Assembly (NCBI GenBank): GCA_002269645.1
Contig: NIVC01000870.1
Coordinates: 124,001 to 188,000 of the forward strand
DNA from: Macrostomum lignano
Lineage: Eukaryota
Direction: 5' to 3'
DNA length: 64,000 bases
Part shown: piece after piece, positions 1-13,689 of the stretch
Layout: every line of letters starts with the position of its first letter
How positions within the stretch are numbered: position 1 is the stretch's first letter
Notes under the pieces: generated by a model
What the model saw: the letters and a program-made list of their open reading frames with translations, nothing else
Database searches by the model: none
Told to the model about the DNA's origin: nothing
Made by a program: the position numbers and the translations under genes

Positions 1-424
1 AGTGATAGACCAAGGCTAAATCATAAAATTGATTATTTTTTTACTTTAGGAATTTTTTATTTGTGTTTTTAGACAAAAGTAAGTTTTCTAGCTAGTATAA
101 ATCATATAGGGTTACACATGTATAATAAAAATTGCTAAGGCAAATAAGATTGCTACAGATATTTGGCTGTAATCTAATTTAAATAGCTTAATTATCATGA
201 TAGCATACCTTACCTTATATATGCTTTTTAAAATATAATTTTAAGAATTCTAGTAATATTAGACCCTATGGCTAGACTAGACCCTACTCTTAAAGATATT
301 GTTTCTAGGGGGGGGGGGGAATTCTAGGTAAAAATATGCAATTTGCTCTAAGCAGTCTAATACGATATGCACTACCTTAAATATAAGATACTAACAATTG
401 ATACTATGTGATTCTGCAATTGCA

Positions 425-1190
425 TTAAAGTATAATAAGATATCTTATAGATATAGGAGAGGAAATAGTAGAGGTGAGAAGATGGAGAGGAAAGAGGAAA
501 GAGATGAGACAGAGGATTGATAAGAGAGGAAAATAGAGAAGAGTGAGATGAGATGAGAGATGAGAGAACAGAGAGGTAAATGAGAGAGGATCAAAAGGAG
601 AGATTAGAAAGGATAGAGGAGAGGAGATAAGAGGGGAGAGAGGGGGAGAGAGAAGAGTGAGAAGAAGAAATGAGATAAGATAGAGAGAAGTGAGAATATG
701 AGATAAGATAAAAGAGAGAGAGAGAGAGAGAGAGTTAAGAAAGAAGAGAGGAGAAAGAAGAGATGATAGAGTAAAGGGAAGAGGAGGAAAGAGGAAAGAG
801 ATGAGATTGTAGAGATGAGAGAGATGAAATAAAAGATGATCAAGAGAATAGAGATGAAAGATAAAGGAAGAGAGAGCAAAGTGCAGAGATATGAGAGAAA
901 AGAATAGAGGGGAGAGAATAGAGAAAAGAGCAGAGAGATCAGAGAGAAATGAGAAGAGATAAAAGAAGAGAAAGGAGATATTAAAGACCAGAGTCCAGAG
1001 AGAAAGAGGAGAGGAGAAAAAAAAGAATAGAGAGGAGGGAAGAGACGAGAAAAAAGATGAGAGAGGAGAGAGAAGAGACAAGAGAAGAGACAAGAGAGAA
1101 GAGAGGACAGAGGAAAGAAGAAAGAAGAGATAAGAGAAGAGAGAAAGAAGAGACAAGAGAAAAAATAGGAAATAGAAAAGAAGATGGAAG
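425..1190. repeat. GA-rich (purine-rich) low-complexity tract
   Basis: Degenerate AG/AGAG/GAGAA repeats; the overlapping S/L/F-rich ORFs are artefacts of the repeat. Confidence 0.95.
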
Positions 1191-1998
1191 TTTCAAAGGA
1201 TACAAAAGACATAGGGAAAGGCAGAGATAGAGGCCAGAGTTTGCCTGACATTCTGCACAGTACCCCAGCCAACAATATCAATGTTTGTCTCAAATCCAAA
1301 TTTTATATGAATGTACACTATTATATGTTTAACTCTATCCTAACTATTAATTTAAGTTTTTATTTGAGTTTGAGCTCAGATTTTAGAATATATACAAAAA
1401 TAATTCTAGGGAATAAGGGAATAGAGTTCCCCGGGTTCAATATCTATGGGTTTCAACAGCTTGTATTACTATAAAGTAAAAAGAAAAAAAAGTATTTTAA
1501 GTCAGTATAATATAATCATGATAATCATAGAAGTGCCAATATATCATGTTCTGCAATCTACATCTGCATTGAAAGCAAATAACTGCCCTTGCCCCTTCCC
1601 ATATTAGGAATGCAGTTTAATTTTAATGATGGTTTGCTAGAAAGAAATTAGGTACTATGAGTATTTTTGTTGGGGTAATAAACAAGTCAACTTCACTATA
1701 GACTATAATAATAATTATAAATAGAATATTTATTAAAACTTGGAAGGAAAATAATTAGGCCCTCTAGGCCCAAGCCAAGGCAATAGGCCTAGTAATAGCA
1801 TAGGGCATAATAATCTATTACACAACACACCATAGTTGAATAACTAGGTCAAGCTAGATGTAATGACAAGCATTCCTATCTTTTGGTAATAAGTCCAATT
1901 GATTTCATTAAGCTTCTGGTATAAGCACGTGATGTGATATGATATGAGATATCTTATTGGTTATTAAAAGCTAAAATAATTACTGAACCAAGTCGGCA

Positions 1999-2112
1999 AT
2001 CCTGAAGATTCCCGCGTTTAATTATTTTACGGAATTATAATTATTTCGCCCTCTATTCAAGGGTGGTGGGGGTGGGGCGGGGGTTATAATTAAACGCGGG
2101 AATCTTCAGGAT
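1999..2112. repeat. 114-bp inverted-repeat element (MITE-like hairpin)
   Basis: Perfect 27-bp arms, ATCCTGAAGATTCCCGCGTTTAATTAT at 1999-2025 and its reverse complement at 2086-2112, around a G-rich spacer. Confidence 0.85.
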
Positions 2113-4199
2113 AACCACCAAATCTACTCTTAGTCTAAGCTAAACTAAAAGAGATCCAAGATAGAAATTAGACCGGAAAATAAAAATTCTTGTAATTTTT
2201 ACTTCAAATATAAGTAAATAACGGAACATAGTGCATGGAAGTGCGTGAGATTAAGTTCCCATTTCACAATGATTTTAATGAATCTAAGCAAACCAGTCCT
2301 GCTTTTTTTAAATCGCGCCAAAGTTCTGCGAACACCTCGTGAACGATAAATTAGCAATAAACAAAACATTCTTTTTGAAATTGAATTGAAAAAACTCTGC
2401 TTCACCGTAGATTTGAATGGAAAGCTGCGTTGACTATATGGTATGGACTAGACTTAAGCTGCTCCCGTACCACTCTAAAGTTTGCAGAGATGTTCTAAAT
2501 AAATGCATATGCATGTTACATGTTCCGCTCGTACATGTAACAAAGCGTCGCGTCAAGGACGATTTTATTCTTCTGGAAAAGGTCAAATCTCAAACTTAAT
2601 AAGTCCTCTTCTGTATCTTAAACTTCCTTCGTTACAGAAAATTTTGCAGCCGTACCAGCCAAAATATACGAGTACATTTAACGCGCTTTGCTTGTTCAGA
2701 TCAGCAGCTTATAGAACTACTACACGTTCCACCCGGACCCAGAGCGCTCTTCCAGTGGTCCCGGGAGCAAGGGAGCCAAGCTAGACATTCTTTCTCTTCT
2801 GTACCGCGATGGTACATACTTCTTAATTCCTTCTCTTCCGTATTTCGGAGTACCCGCAACTGGAATTAAATCAATCGTATATTCGATCCACGTTAGAAGA
2901 TTGCTAAGTCGACTGCTGAAAAAGAAACAGCCTAGCCTTTCATGTATACTTTCATGAGGCGTAGGTATCAACAAATACATGTAATAGGAGTTTAGTTTTT
3001 AATTTAATAGGAGTATATTAGCCTCTTAATACCGATATTCTGAATGCACTGTGTGAAAATCCGGACGGTCAGCATGGCTGCCATAGTCTATTTTGACTTT
3101 GGTGTGTGGCTGTGCCTTCACTCTATGAATATCCGATATAAACACCCTGCAGTTCTTAAATATGACTCTTTTTTATTAAATTTGAGGTGGTTGGATGACT
3201 GATCTAGAGAAATTTCGTCTATGGCCGAAATCCTACATAGTGTGACGTTGCTAGTTTAAGGTGGTCCCGCAAAAGGGCCGTTGGACTATAGTTTCCCTTG
3301 CAATTTCTCATTTAAATTTCTCCAATAGTTTATTTTAACGTTTACTTGTAGTAGCGTGCAAATAATCTGTATCAATGGCTAATTCACTGTGTATTTGGTA
3401 GGCCTTGCGTTCGTCTGTAAATTTTAGCACGATCGATAATTTCAAGTTCTCTCGCCAGCCAATGAAAACTCTCCGTGTTTTATGCTAACCCTTGTGCGCC
3501 CCTTTATTAACCCCCGCCTGGCGGCGGCCTGGGGAGGTCTTCCTTGCGGCCCTTGTGTTTTCGTCTCGTTTTCCTTCTCTCTCTCTTGGCTGCCTCGAGC
3601 CTCCTTATCTCTCGCCCCGGCTCCTCTGTCTGGGCCAGCCTGTTTACACTCTGTACTCCACTGTGTACTGCCACGGCTAACGTCACTCTCACCGCTACTT
3701 ATCTGCCTGTCTACTTACTACTCACTGCCTCCACTGTGCTCATCGACATCACTCACTACGTTGCGTCGCCATTGTATCCTTCGCCTGCGACTTCGACTTC
3801 ATATTCTAATCACTTCAAAACCATTGTTGCAGCCGCCAGTGCCCAGAACACTATAAGTTTTGTATTGATATTGACCAGTCTAATATTGATCTCGACAATA
3901 AATTAGCTATGGCAGTTTCCTGCCCTTATACGCCAAGTGCTCCGCTACACAATCCGCTTTGCAAGAATTGGCTTTGAATCATTTTGGGACTACAACAACT
4001 TCCGACAATTCTCGTCAAACGGCCCTTTTAAGGGTCATAACCTCTACGCCAATAACGTGACAATAGCTTGTCCAATCTGTACACAGGAAGCTATCGACAG
4101 TCTCTCACTGTCCTCTCCCGCCCTGTTTAGTTCTCTGCCCCATTAAGAATCTGCATCTTTCAATTCTGTCTTCAAATCCGTTTAAGTGTTATGGACCAG

Positions 4200-5760
4200 C
4201 TGCTGCTTTCTAGTGACGAATTGTTTAGCGTCTTCAGCAGCTCAGCATCATCGAGTCAAAATTAAGACTTGGCCGCTCTGAGATCAGCGAAGAAGACAGC
4301 GATGAAATTGTTGGTGAGAATGAGGCTTGGAGGATTTTGTAAATGAGGAAGCGGACGAACGAGCAGGGGCGCAGTTTCCAGAGTTTCTTGGAATTCTTGG
4401 TCTGACAATAGAGAACTGAGTTGCGGTCGCTGAGGTGCTGGACTTATTTGCAAAGTTTTTCACTGAGGAAATGATTACTCAGCTGATTACTCAGCCATCG
4501 CCTCCGGGTCTGTCGGGCTGGAAAAACCGCTCAGAAAGTGAAATAAAAAAGACAGCAGCCATAATTTTCTACATGGAAATCGTACGCAAGCTCGAAATCC
4601 AAATTAAACTACTGGACAACCATGCAGTATTTAGTTCCATGATAGCCAGCTGTTTTAAAGCGAGACCTATCTGTCGCAAAACAGATTATAACAGATCCTC
4701 TATAGTTTTTGAGGTTGTACGATTGCGGTAACGCTGACGCCACTGTGACAGGTTGTAAAAAATTCGGCCTTTTCTTAACAGCTTTGCTTTTGTCAAGCTT
4801 TCGTAAGAGAAACTTTATGCCAGACAGGGACATTGCGGTTGATGAGGAGCTAGTGCAGCATAAGGTTGGACTGGCTTTTAAGCAGTACATCCATGTATAT
4901 CCCGACCAAGCGTGTCACCAGGTACGGCATTAAGACCTACTGCCTCTACGACTCGAAAACCGGTTGTCTGTGGAACGTTTTAGTCCACTCCACTGCACGC
5001 TGAAGAAAACAATATGTTCGACTCAGACTTTCAAGGCTATGCTCTATCGATCAGTGAGCGCATTGTTGCTGAGCTTTCCAAAGGCCTCCTAAATGTAGGC
5101 CATAGAATAGTCGTGGATAGCTACTTCTGCTTCCATCGCCTTGCCAAGTTCCTCCTTGAACTAAGCACGTTCTGTTGACCGGCACCATTCGCTGCAACCG
5201 AGGCATCCCACCGGAGCTCATCCAGATGCCAAGGTCGACACCATCGCATTGCTGCATGCAAAGCGGTGATGTCCTGGGTGTCAAAAAGTGTCAGAGAGGA
5301 AGGCAAGCGGTGTAAAAACGCTGTACCTGTTGACACTTTCGGTACTGCGATGAGCGGATCATGAGTGAATAGAGATGATCCGCAAGCCATGGAGCATCTG
5401 GACCAGGTAAAGCAGTTCATGCAGTTCATGGAGCAGTTAATTCTGTTCATTCTGAAGTTCATGGAGCAGCTCGTTAAATCTCTGCTGAACAGCTCTGGAC
5501 CAGGTAAAAGCGGTGCATTCGTTCTGTGCATGCAGGGACCATGCAGGCCTGCGCACCCACACCTGCCCAGCAAGCTGCCTGCGACGCCTGACAACCAGCG
5601 TCTCGCCCGTCGCTGCCAGAGTATGCTATCGAAATGCGCAGGTTTCCAGCGGACGACGAAATCGCATGATGTCAAATTCTGGAAATCGACTTGGACATCG
5701 GAGCAATTCGCAAGTTGGGATTCCCAGTGTGCAGTGTGCATTTTAGTGAAAATTATTACA
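4200..5760 (+). pseudogene. Degenerate piggyBac-family transposase
   Basis: Frameshifted segments LFAKFFTEEMI, IAVDEELV..FKQYI, RIVVDSYF, TGTIRCNRGIP and HLDQ follow the order of piggyBac catalytic motifs, with a Cys-containing tail. Multiple stops and frameshifts; ends not defined. Confidence 0.85.
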
Positions 5761-6799
5761 GCTGTCCTTCAAGACCATTGAGGGCACATCAAGATCATTA
5801 GCAGGCTAAACTGACGTTTGCACACTAATGTAACTCAAGAACATAGCTTTATTTTCTTCCTTGGCAAATATAATTTCACAGTATCTAATGACAACATTTT
5901 CCCGTTTTTATGTCCTATTTAATTGTTTCACCTGCAATGCCCAAATTATTGCTTAAACGTTTGCTAATTAATAAAAATAATCATCACTCAGTATACGTGC
6001 TACCAGTAGCATTGTCATTAGCTTGCAAAAGTCAGTCAGGTAAGCTGACTGCTTTGTGAAGCCGCTGAAGGGAAACGTGTCGTATATTCATATACGTACA
6101 TTTATATGTCGCAAACAGGGACAGCTGCAATCATTAAAAATGAACACTGCACACTTGCAATCCCATCTTGCTAACGGCTCCGCGATGTCCAAGTTGATTT
6201 CCAGCATTTGCTGCCATTGACTCCATGCCAGTCTGCTGATCGCACGAAGTTTTGCTGGTGTGATGTCAGTGTGTTTGCTGGGTGAGTCTCAAAACTCGAA
6301 AGTGTAAAATCGTTTCTTTATCCGTTCTGCCTCATCCATTTAAACTCATAATTTTGGCCAAATGTGCAAATGTACAGACTTGAACAAATGTTGACTGGAT
6401 GCTGTGCATCAAATTTAAAGAAACGTCGTGACTTGAAACGAACAATACGGAAGGCAACAATGCAGACCGGGTCAGTTGAGTATGATTAAAGCAGACAAGT
6501 ACTCGTAGTACACAAAGTGTAAAACAACAAAAGAGTACACAGAGTCCAAGCAAGGGTAGGCAGGTGGAAAGACAACAGAACTTTGCTTGGAAAGTAGTGT
6601 GTGAGCTACTTAAACTTTTGGGGCTTCTTTGTAGCAGATTTCAGGTTAATGTCGGGGTCAGCTAGAATTAGGAGCCACTGTTTGACAGGGCCTAAACGAT
6701 CTTTAAGTGTCAGCAAACCTTAGAATAAAAAAGCAGAGAAAAAATGCGCATTCTTTCATGCGACCGCGGATGCTGCTGGCGGTCTCGCCGACGTATTGT

Positions 6800-9700
6800 T
6801 GAGATTCTCGGGCCTGAAAACGTCGGAGAGGTCCGGGTTTGGGCCGAGGTAGGTGAGCCTGTCCTGAGTAAAGGCGGGGCATTCACAGATGAAGTGCTCC
6901 GCATTCTCGACACCGGAGAGGCAGAAAGGGCATTCCTCACTGCGGATTTTCTCCTGGAGGTAACGATGCCTGGCAAAGCAGCCATGACCCGAGAGGACCA
7001 TGGTAACCGCCCTGATGTCCCTGCGGTTGATTCCAAGCAGGGCCCTGCGAAGGGCGGGGGAGGGACGGGACAGCCGCGCGGGATTGCCGGCTGTCGGGGG
7101 CGTTAGCCCACCTCTCCCTGTGCTTAGAAGCCACCCACTGGTTGATCCGAGTGGTGACAACAGCGATGGGGGTGGGGGCCACGGGCAGGGGACCAGTAAA
7201 AGAACCGGTCGAGCCAACCTTAGCCAGGCGATCGGCCAGCTCGTTGCCGGGGTGGCCCGAATGCCCGGGGATCCACCTTAGGGACACCTTGTTGGAGGCG
7301 CCTAAGCGGTTGAGCTGCCCGATGCAGTCGAGGACTGTACGCGATCAGGTGGTGGTGCGCTCAAGGGCGTGAATCGCCGCTTGACTGTCCGAGTGGAGGG
7401 TAATTTCCTTCCCCAGACGCGCTGATTGTACAGCTCCATGGCGCAGGAGCTGATGGCGAGAACTTCGTTCTGGAAGACGGTGGAGCAGGTGCCGGTGTGT
7501 TGGGAGAAGGTCGCCACAGTTCTCCCTCCAGACACGATGCAGTAGCCGTATCCAGAGGCGGAGTTGATTTGGGACCCGTCAGTGAAGCAGTGGATTTCAT
7601 GGGGTTTCCAGTTGTCTCTCGCTTCATGGCGTGGTGGAATGCTGGTTTTGAATTTGAGCGGGGGCAGAGCGTGGACGGGATTCCGTCCGAGAGGGTCAGC
7701 AGGCCTCTCGCTGCTTCCAGGTCTCGCAGGCTGAGGTCGCCATGCGGCCGGAGGTTCCGCTTTCTGAAGGCAAACTGCTTCTGGATTTGGACACCCGCGT
7801 CAAGCAGACGACGGGTGGTTTTCATAGCCTCCCCTCTAACAAAGAGGTCGAGGGGGGGAATGTCCAAGAAGGAGTTCATGCCAGCGAAGGGCGTTGAGGG
7901 AGCCGCGCTCATGATAGCTCGACAAGCGCGGCCTTGCACCCTATTTAAAACCTCAAGAACCCCTTTCACCTCTAGGGCACTGTTCCAAATGAAGCCGGCG
8001 AAGGAGATGGCCGGTCTAACAATGGCAGTGTAAATCCACCAGAGGCGGCGGGGGTGAGGCCCCAGGTAGCACCGAAAGCTCTGCGGATCTGCGCGAGAGT
8101 CGCGAGAGCTTTGCGGGCTTTAGTTTGGACGTGCGGGGTCCAGCTCAACCTGTGGTCGAGGGTGACGCCCAGACATCTAGTTTGTTTCTCCATGGCAACA
8201 GGTTTGCCGTAGAGGGAGAGCGGTTCGATCCTCCAGTTTCGGCGGCTGGTGAACATGATAGCCACGGTTTTAGACTCAGAGAACCTGAGACCGCAGCTAT
8301 GTGCCCAGCGCTCGGCACGGTGGATGAAGGCTTGAAGGAGGTCCCTGAGGACCGCGGGCGATGGTCCAGCCACAGTGGCGGTAACATCGTCCGCATAGCC
8401 GACCTTCTGAACAGGGTCCGGATGCGGGCTGCAAAGCAGCTCGTCCATGACTAAGTTCCAGAGGATCGGGCTGAGGACTCCACCTTGCGGTCCGCCTTTC
8501 TGGACTTCCACGGAGCGTGAGTGTCCCAGGAGGTGCGAGGTGGCAGTACGATGGGAGACCATGTACATGATCCAGCGGGTGAGGTGCTCGTGCGTGCCCC
8601 GGGATTCCAGGGCTCGCTTAAAGGCTTCAAAGAGCACATTGTTAAAAGCACCATCAATGTCGAGGAAAAGCGACAGCGCGTATCCACTGCCAAGCACGGC
8701 GCGCTCCAGCTTGTCGACAATGGCGTGCAGCGCACTTTCGATGGAACGTCCAGGACGAAAGGCGTGCTGATTAGGGGAGAGCGGGGAGTTCCTCAGCTCA
8801 ACGAGGAGAAGGCGCCAGAGCACCAGCCGTTCCATCAGTTTGAGGAAGAAGGACGTCAGACTGATAGGGCGGTAAGCTTTGGCGGAGTGATAGTCTCCCT
8901 TTCCTGGCTTGGGTATGAAGACTACCGTAGCCTCTTGCCAGGCTTTTGGCACATACCCGAGGGTAATGCTGGCCTTGAAGAGGTTGCAGAGGAGGCCGAG
9001 AAACCTGTCATTTTTAACTGCCTCATGAAGGAAGGCAGGATAAATGTTGTCAGGACCCGGGACTTGAAAGGAGAGAAGGATTTTGCGGCGCGAGCCGTCC
9101 TCTCTCTAGTAATGATGGTCGAAGCCAGGATCTGTCCGCCCGGAGAGTGGTCCGGTGGGCCTAGCTGCGGTGCGGCACGTGGGAAAGAGCTGGTGAGCAT
9201 AATGTCCAGCGATTCCCCAGGGTTCTCAGCGAGCCGGCCGTCCGGTCTTTTAATGACTGAGAGCTTTGACATTTTGTCGAGGGTGAGAGCCTTAACTACG
9301 CGCGAAGTAGGGCGGGTGCCTTCTAACTCCGCGCAGTATTGGCGCCATTTGTCGGACTTGGCTTTCCTGGTTTCACGCTTAAAGTCGCGGATCGCTTCTT
9401 GATAGGCGGCCAGGTCAGCTGGGTCCTTGCTCTTGCGAGCTTTCCGTTGGAGGCACTTTGCCTTGCGCCGGAGGGATCCGAGCGCCGGGTGCCACCAGGG
9501 GCGGATTTTTTGCCTTTGTAGGCTTTAAGAGGACAGGAAGCCTCATGGGCTGTCAGGACGGTCTTGCTGAGCAAGTCTGCAAGGTCATCCACTTCCTGAC
9601 AGGTGGTTGGAGCGACGGTAGTCAGCTGATCTGTCTGGCATTTCAGGGTTTCCGTGAAAGCCGTCCAATCAGTGTTCCGGACGTTCCTTTTCCACAGAAT

Positions 9701-10400
9701 GTGAGGCTTGGGGCAAGAGGATTGCAAACGAAAACGAACGAAGCGATGGTCAGACAGAGACTCCTCTTCGTCCCACACCTCCCAGTCCTTGACTAAAGGA
9801 GCCAAGCCATGGGAGACGAGGGTAACGTCGAGGGCCTCCGTCCATCGCCCGTTGTCAAAGGTGGGGGTTCCACCAATGTTGCAAAACTCAGTGTTGGTGG
9901 TGCAGATGTAAGCAAGGAGTTCCTCGCCTCTGCTATTGGAAGTATTACTGCCCCAGTGGGTGTGGTGAGCGTTGATGTCGCCCGCCACCAGCAGCTCGAA
10001 CCTACGGTTAGAGCAGTAGTCCACGAGGGAGGTGAGGTTGGGTGGAACCGCGGGGCCATCGCCAGGGATATAGATCGAGGCGATGATGACCGTGCGGTTG
10101 GTGATAATGTGGTTGGACTGAATGACACAGAGGTCTCTGTCAGAGAGGTCCGGTCTGTGCCAAGCTTTGAGGTGGGTAGATACGAAAATGGCTGCTCTGG
10201 GGTTTTGGGGGTCTTGAAAACAGTCAAAACCAGCAGGAATATTCGGAATCTTACCTTTCTTTGTCCAGGGCTCCTGGAGTAGGATGATGCCCGGTTTCGC
10301 AAAGTTTGCCACCCGCATCAGGTTGGTCGAGGCCGCGATGCAGTGGTGCAGGTTAGCTGCAGGATGTCCACTCCGGGAATTCCACGAGTGGTCCGCGCAG
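6800..10400 (-). pseudogene. LINE ORF2 (AP endonuclease, reverse transcriptase, RNase H, CCHC)
   Basis: LLQEPW, AGDINAHHTHWG and SDHRFV (APE); YRPISL, PQGGVLSP and YADD (RT); TVFQNEVLAI and [19 protein letters not shown] (RNase H); CPFC..ENAEHFICEC. Split across at least 6 ORFs. Confidence 0.92.
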
Positions 10401-11029
10401 CTTCCTGCCGGCTCAAGGCGAGTTGTGCAGGAGAGCTGCCTCTTCTGCCTCGCCGATAGCTCCAGGCTCCAGCTCCATGGGCTCCTCCCGGATGGATTCC
10501 ATGGTCGAGGGAGAGGTCGCCACCTGGGCGGCATTCTCGCTCTCGGCCCGGTTTTCCGGGGGGCCGCAGTGGTGACACTGGGCTGGGGGTGGCTGCGGTT
10601 GGGGGCCTTGGCGGTGTCCAGCAGCTGCTTCGCGCGCTGAGTCAGACCAGAGCGGATAGTGTTCCGGGCGGGTTTCCGGCCCTTTCCACGTCCGCCTGTT
10701 GCTGCAGCTTTCGCGGCTTTCCCTCTGACAGGGTCCACGTCCTCGGAGGGGTCGTGACGACCGGGAGCTTCTTTTCCTGGGCGTTTCCGCCCGGCAGAGC
10801 CCCCGACTGCCCGCTTACGCTTCTCCGGGGGCGGTGGGCGGGTGGCGTCAGACTCAAAGCTAAAGAGCTGAATCTGCAACAGCCCGACAGAGATGATGGA
10901 CATGTCCGGGTAGCGGAGCATCCAGCTATCCGACAGTCCAAGAATAGCCGTGAAACCGTCTCCGCCCGGCTTGGAGATGGTCTCGTGAACTACGACACCG
11001 TTGGCCGGTAGCTCCGGGTTGGAAGCCAC

Positions 11030-11960
11030 TAGCAGGTGACGCAGCTCGTCGGCCTTGGTGATGCAGCTGCGAGCCGGGATCCAGGCACGGTGCCGGTGTG
11101 TCCGGGGTCGCTCGTCCTCCCTGTAGATGAACAGGTTCTCCAGCTCCGTACCCCAGTCGAAGGTTTTCAGCAGCTCGAGGAGCTGCTGTCCTGACTGGCT
11201 GTCGTGGGCTGGATATAGAGGGCTTGGTCCTCGACTTTCGTCTTTTGGACTCGAATAGTAGTGCCGCTCAAGGCCATCTTGACCAGGTGGGAGTCCAACC
11301 TGCGCCAGATAAGGTCGAGCTGTTCGGCCGTAAGAGGCGTCTCCTGGCCTTGGATAACCAGGGCCGGCTGCCTTTTGGCCATAGCCGCGTAGGTTCGCTT
11401 CGGCTTTGTGGTTTGGCCAGCGCCCCCCGCTTTGGATCCCTCCACGGCCGTGGGAGCTTCCACACGGGCAGAGGTCCGGTCACGGGAGGGGCCAGCCGCA
11501 CCAGGAGCTTCGGCGGCACCTGACGCATCAGACCGGCGCGCGGGGTCCATCCCCTTGTCGGATGTCGGCTCCTCCGCGGGGTTCGCAGAGTTACCGGCAC
11601 CCTCCTCAGAGGTGGCCGGAGGGGCGGCTTTCGCATTCCTCCGTTCCTCCGCTTTGCGCTGGAGAAAGGCTTTGTAGTGAGCTATGCTACGGGCCTTCTT
11701 TTTGAAATCTGAGGTCCGCTGTCTTGTCCAGCCACTCCGGTATTATCCTGAGCGGCGGCAGCGGCAGATTGAGAGGCACCGGGGGTTCCGGTGTTGCGAA
11801 TGTCCGGCTGGGCCGCGGTGCCAACCTCGGTTGGTGCTCCAGCAGCCTCGGACGTGTCGGAGGTAAATGAATACTCCATGAGTCGCTGAAAGGCGAGTGG
11901 GGACTAAAGGTGAGAAGCCGCTGGGCCGTAACCCCAAACCCAACAACCAGGCCAAGAGGT
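11030..11960 (-). pseudogene. Probable LINE ORF1 remnant
   Basis: GC-rich coding-like fragments directly upstream of ORF2 on the same strand (RTYAAMAKR, IRVQKTKVEDQALYIQ). No diagnostic motif recognised. Confidence 0.5.
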
Positions 11961-12443
11961 AGCGACCGGGGGTGGCTTAAGCCCGTACCGGCCCGACCGC
12001 TAGCAACCGAGAAACTCCCCGGCTAAGAGCCCGGCTTGGAAAAACCAGAGGCCGAACCAAAGGACCATCAGCGCGGTACTACACTGGGCCCTTGAGGGAA
12101 GCAGGAGGACTGCCTCCGGAGCCTGCGGACTGGCCGCATACCCTGTTAAGGTCAGAGGGTGGTACCTGTTCCTCAGAGCCGTGGCCAGAGGTACCTGATA
12201 CGCACAGGTTCACTTCCGGGCGGAGCCCGTACCCAACTTGGCCAAAAGGCCACGGATGGGTTGCCGCCGCCGGAGCCCAGTCAGTCCAGCAGCCCTAGGG
12301 CTGCCTTGAACACATGCGGGGCGTGAACCCCTGGGTCGGCTTGAGAGTCAGCTTGGAGAGAGTTCTCCTGCCATTCCTGCACCAGAATAGAGGGGGTGCA
12401 GGTGTGTAGGATCGCAGACCTTAGCCCGTAGGCCTAGTCTGTC

Positions 12444-13620
12444 TCATGCTACACAGGCGTGCTGTACCCGCCTTGCATGCGGGCGGCCCGCTCCCGGCCC
12501 GCTTAGTTTTTTTGCAAGATCGCCCACTGTCTCCAGGATGACAGCGAACGCGTCAGCAGCCGACTGCCTGTTAAGGCTGATGCGGTCGAGTCGGAAGGCC
12601 AGCTCGCTGGCGTCCAACGTGATGAGGCTGACCGATCGATGACTGCTCAGCAGCTGGTTGGTCTTGTGGCAGTTTGTCCTCACCGTTGCCGAGGCGTCCG
12701 GGGGCAGACCACCTGCACAGCCCAGATTGTCGCGTTCCTGAGCCTGGCGATGGAAAGGTCGAAGCTCTGGCGGTGGAGGTCATTGTAGCCGGCCCAAATG
12801 ATGATGCGGCTCGTGGCGGGGCTCTCGTCCTCGACTCTGCAGATATTCTTGAGATAGTCCAGTGTGAGGCCGGGAAAGCAGTGCACGTCCAAGTCCGGAG
12901 AGGCGGGTTTCACGAACTCCACGTTTTGGTCCGCGATCACCAGGGTGGGCGTCTGCCTCGATCTCAGGTGCCAGTTCTTCTTTGAGCCACCGTGGAAGAT
13001 GACTTTGGGAATTCTCAGATTCTCAGGGAAGTTCCTGGCGGATTTTGGTGGCTGCTCCAGGCTCGTCGACTCGAGGGACCCCGATGCGGGTCGCTTTCTG
13101 GTGGTGGCTGGGGCTCTGCGGTCAGTGACCTCAGCAGTGACCGTCTCTGTTGCACCAACAGAATCGGTCATGGAGGGGGACATCTCCCCGCTCACCGGAG
13201 TCGCGGCCGCCGACAGGGCCGTCGACGAGGCCGCCGATGAAGCCGCCGGCGCAGCCGCCGACGAGACCGCCGATGAAGCCGCCGACGCGTTAGCTCCAGT
13301 CGATGCCTCCTCGATGATGGAAGCCAACGAACCAGACGTAGGCGGGGCAGCGGTCGACGCTTGGGAATGCGGTGTGGGCATGGAGCTGCGTAGCCGGTTC
13401 ACTCAGACAGTCAGCCAGTGCCTTGAACACGCGGGTGTGCAGGTGCTCCATCACACCGTCAACGATGCGGGGGCTCCATGTTCTGCCAATCTTGTTAGCG
13501 GCCCACCGGATGCCCACGAGCCAGCCGGTTCTGAATTCCTCCACCGGGCCGGATAGTCGAAGCTGCTCCAACTTCTTGGCCACCGCCGCTGCAAACTGGG
13601 TGCCCTAATGCGTCCTCATG
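12444..13620 (-). pseudogene. SGNH/GDSL esterase-like ORF of retroelement type, frameshifted
   Basis: Blocks in SGNH order: LVIADQNV (about GDSN), HCFPGLTL (about PGA), IIIWAGYNDL (GxND), then after a frameshift FRLDRISLN (about DGxHLN). Confidence 0.7.
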
Positions 13621-13689
13621 TCCGCCGTTGTGTGCACCAGCCACTGTAGGGCGGTTTGATTCAAAGCGCTGGTGCCAGAGAATGGCACC

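Larger units (their letters stand above)
6800..12430 (-). mobile_element. Non-LTR retrotransposon with APE, RT, RNase H and CCHC (I-group, LOA/R1-like), frameshifted
   Basis: Collinear minus-strand domains: ORF1 fragments, endonuclease, RT, RNase H and a C-terminal zinc knuckle. Boundaries approximate. Confidence 0.9.

Noticed and set aside
3507-3525. TTAA-CCCCCGCCT as the piggyBac left end, with a 13-bp complement near 31466
   Set aside because: The partner is 28 kb away across unrelated elements, no nearby right end was found, and the match is likely chance.
5397-5508. 15-bp direct repeat TCTGGACCAGGTAAA flanking about 80 bp inside the piggyBac remnant
   Set aside because: The interior is itself made of short local repeats, so slippage or duplication is more likely than an insertion with a TSD.
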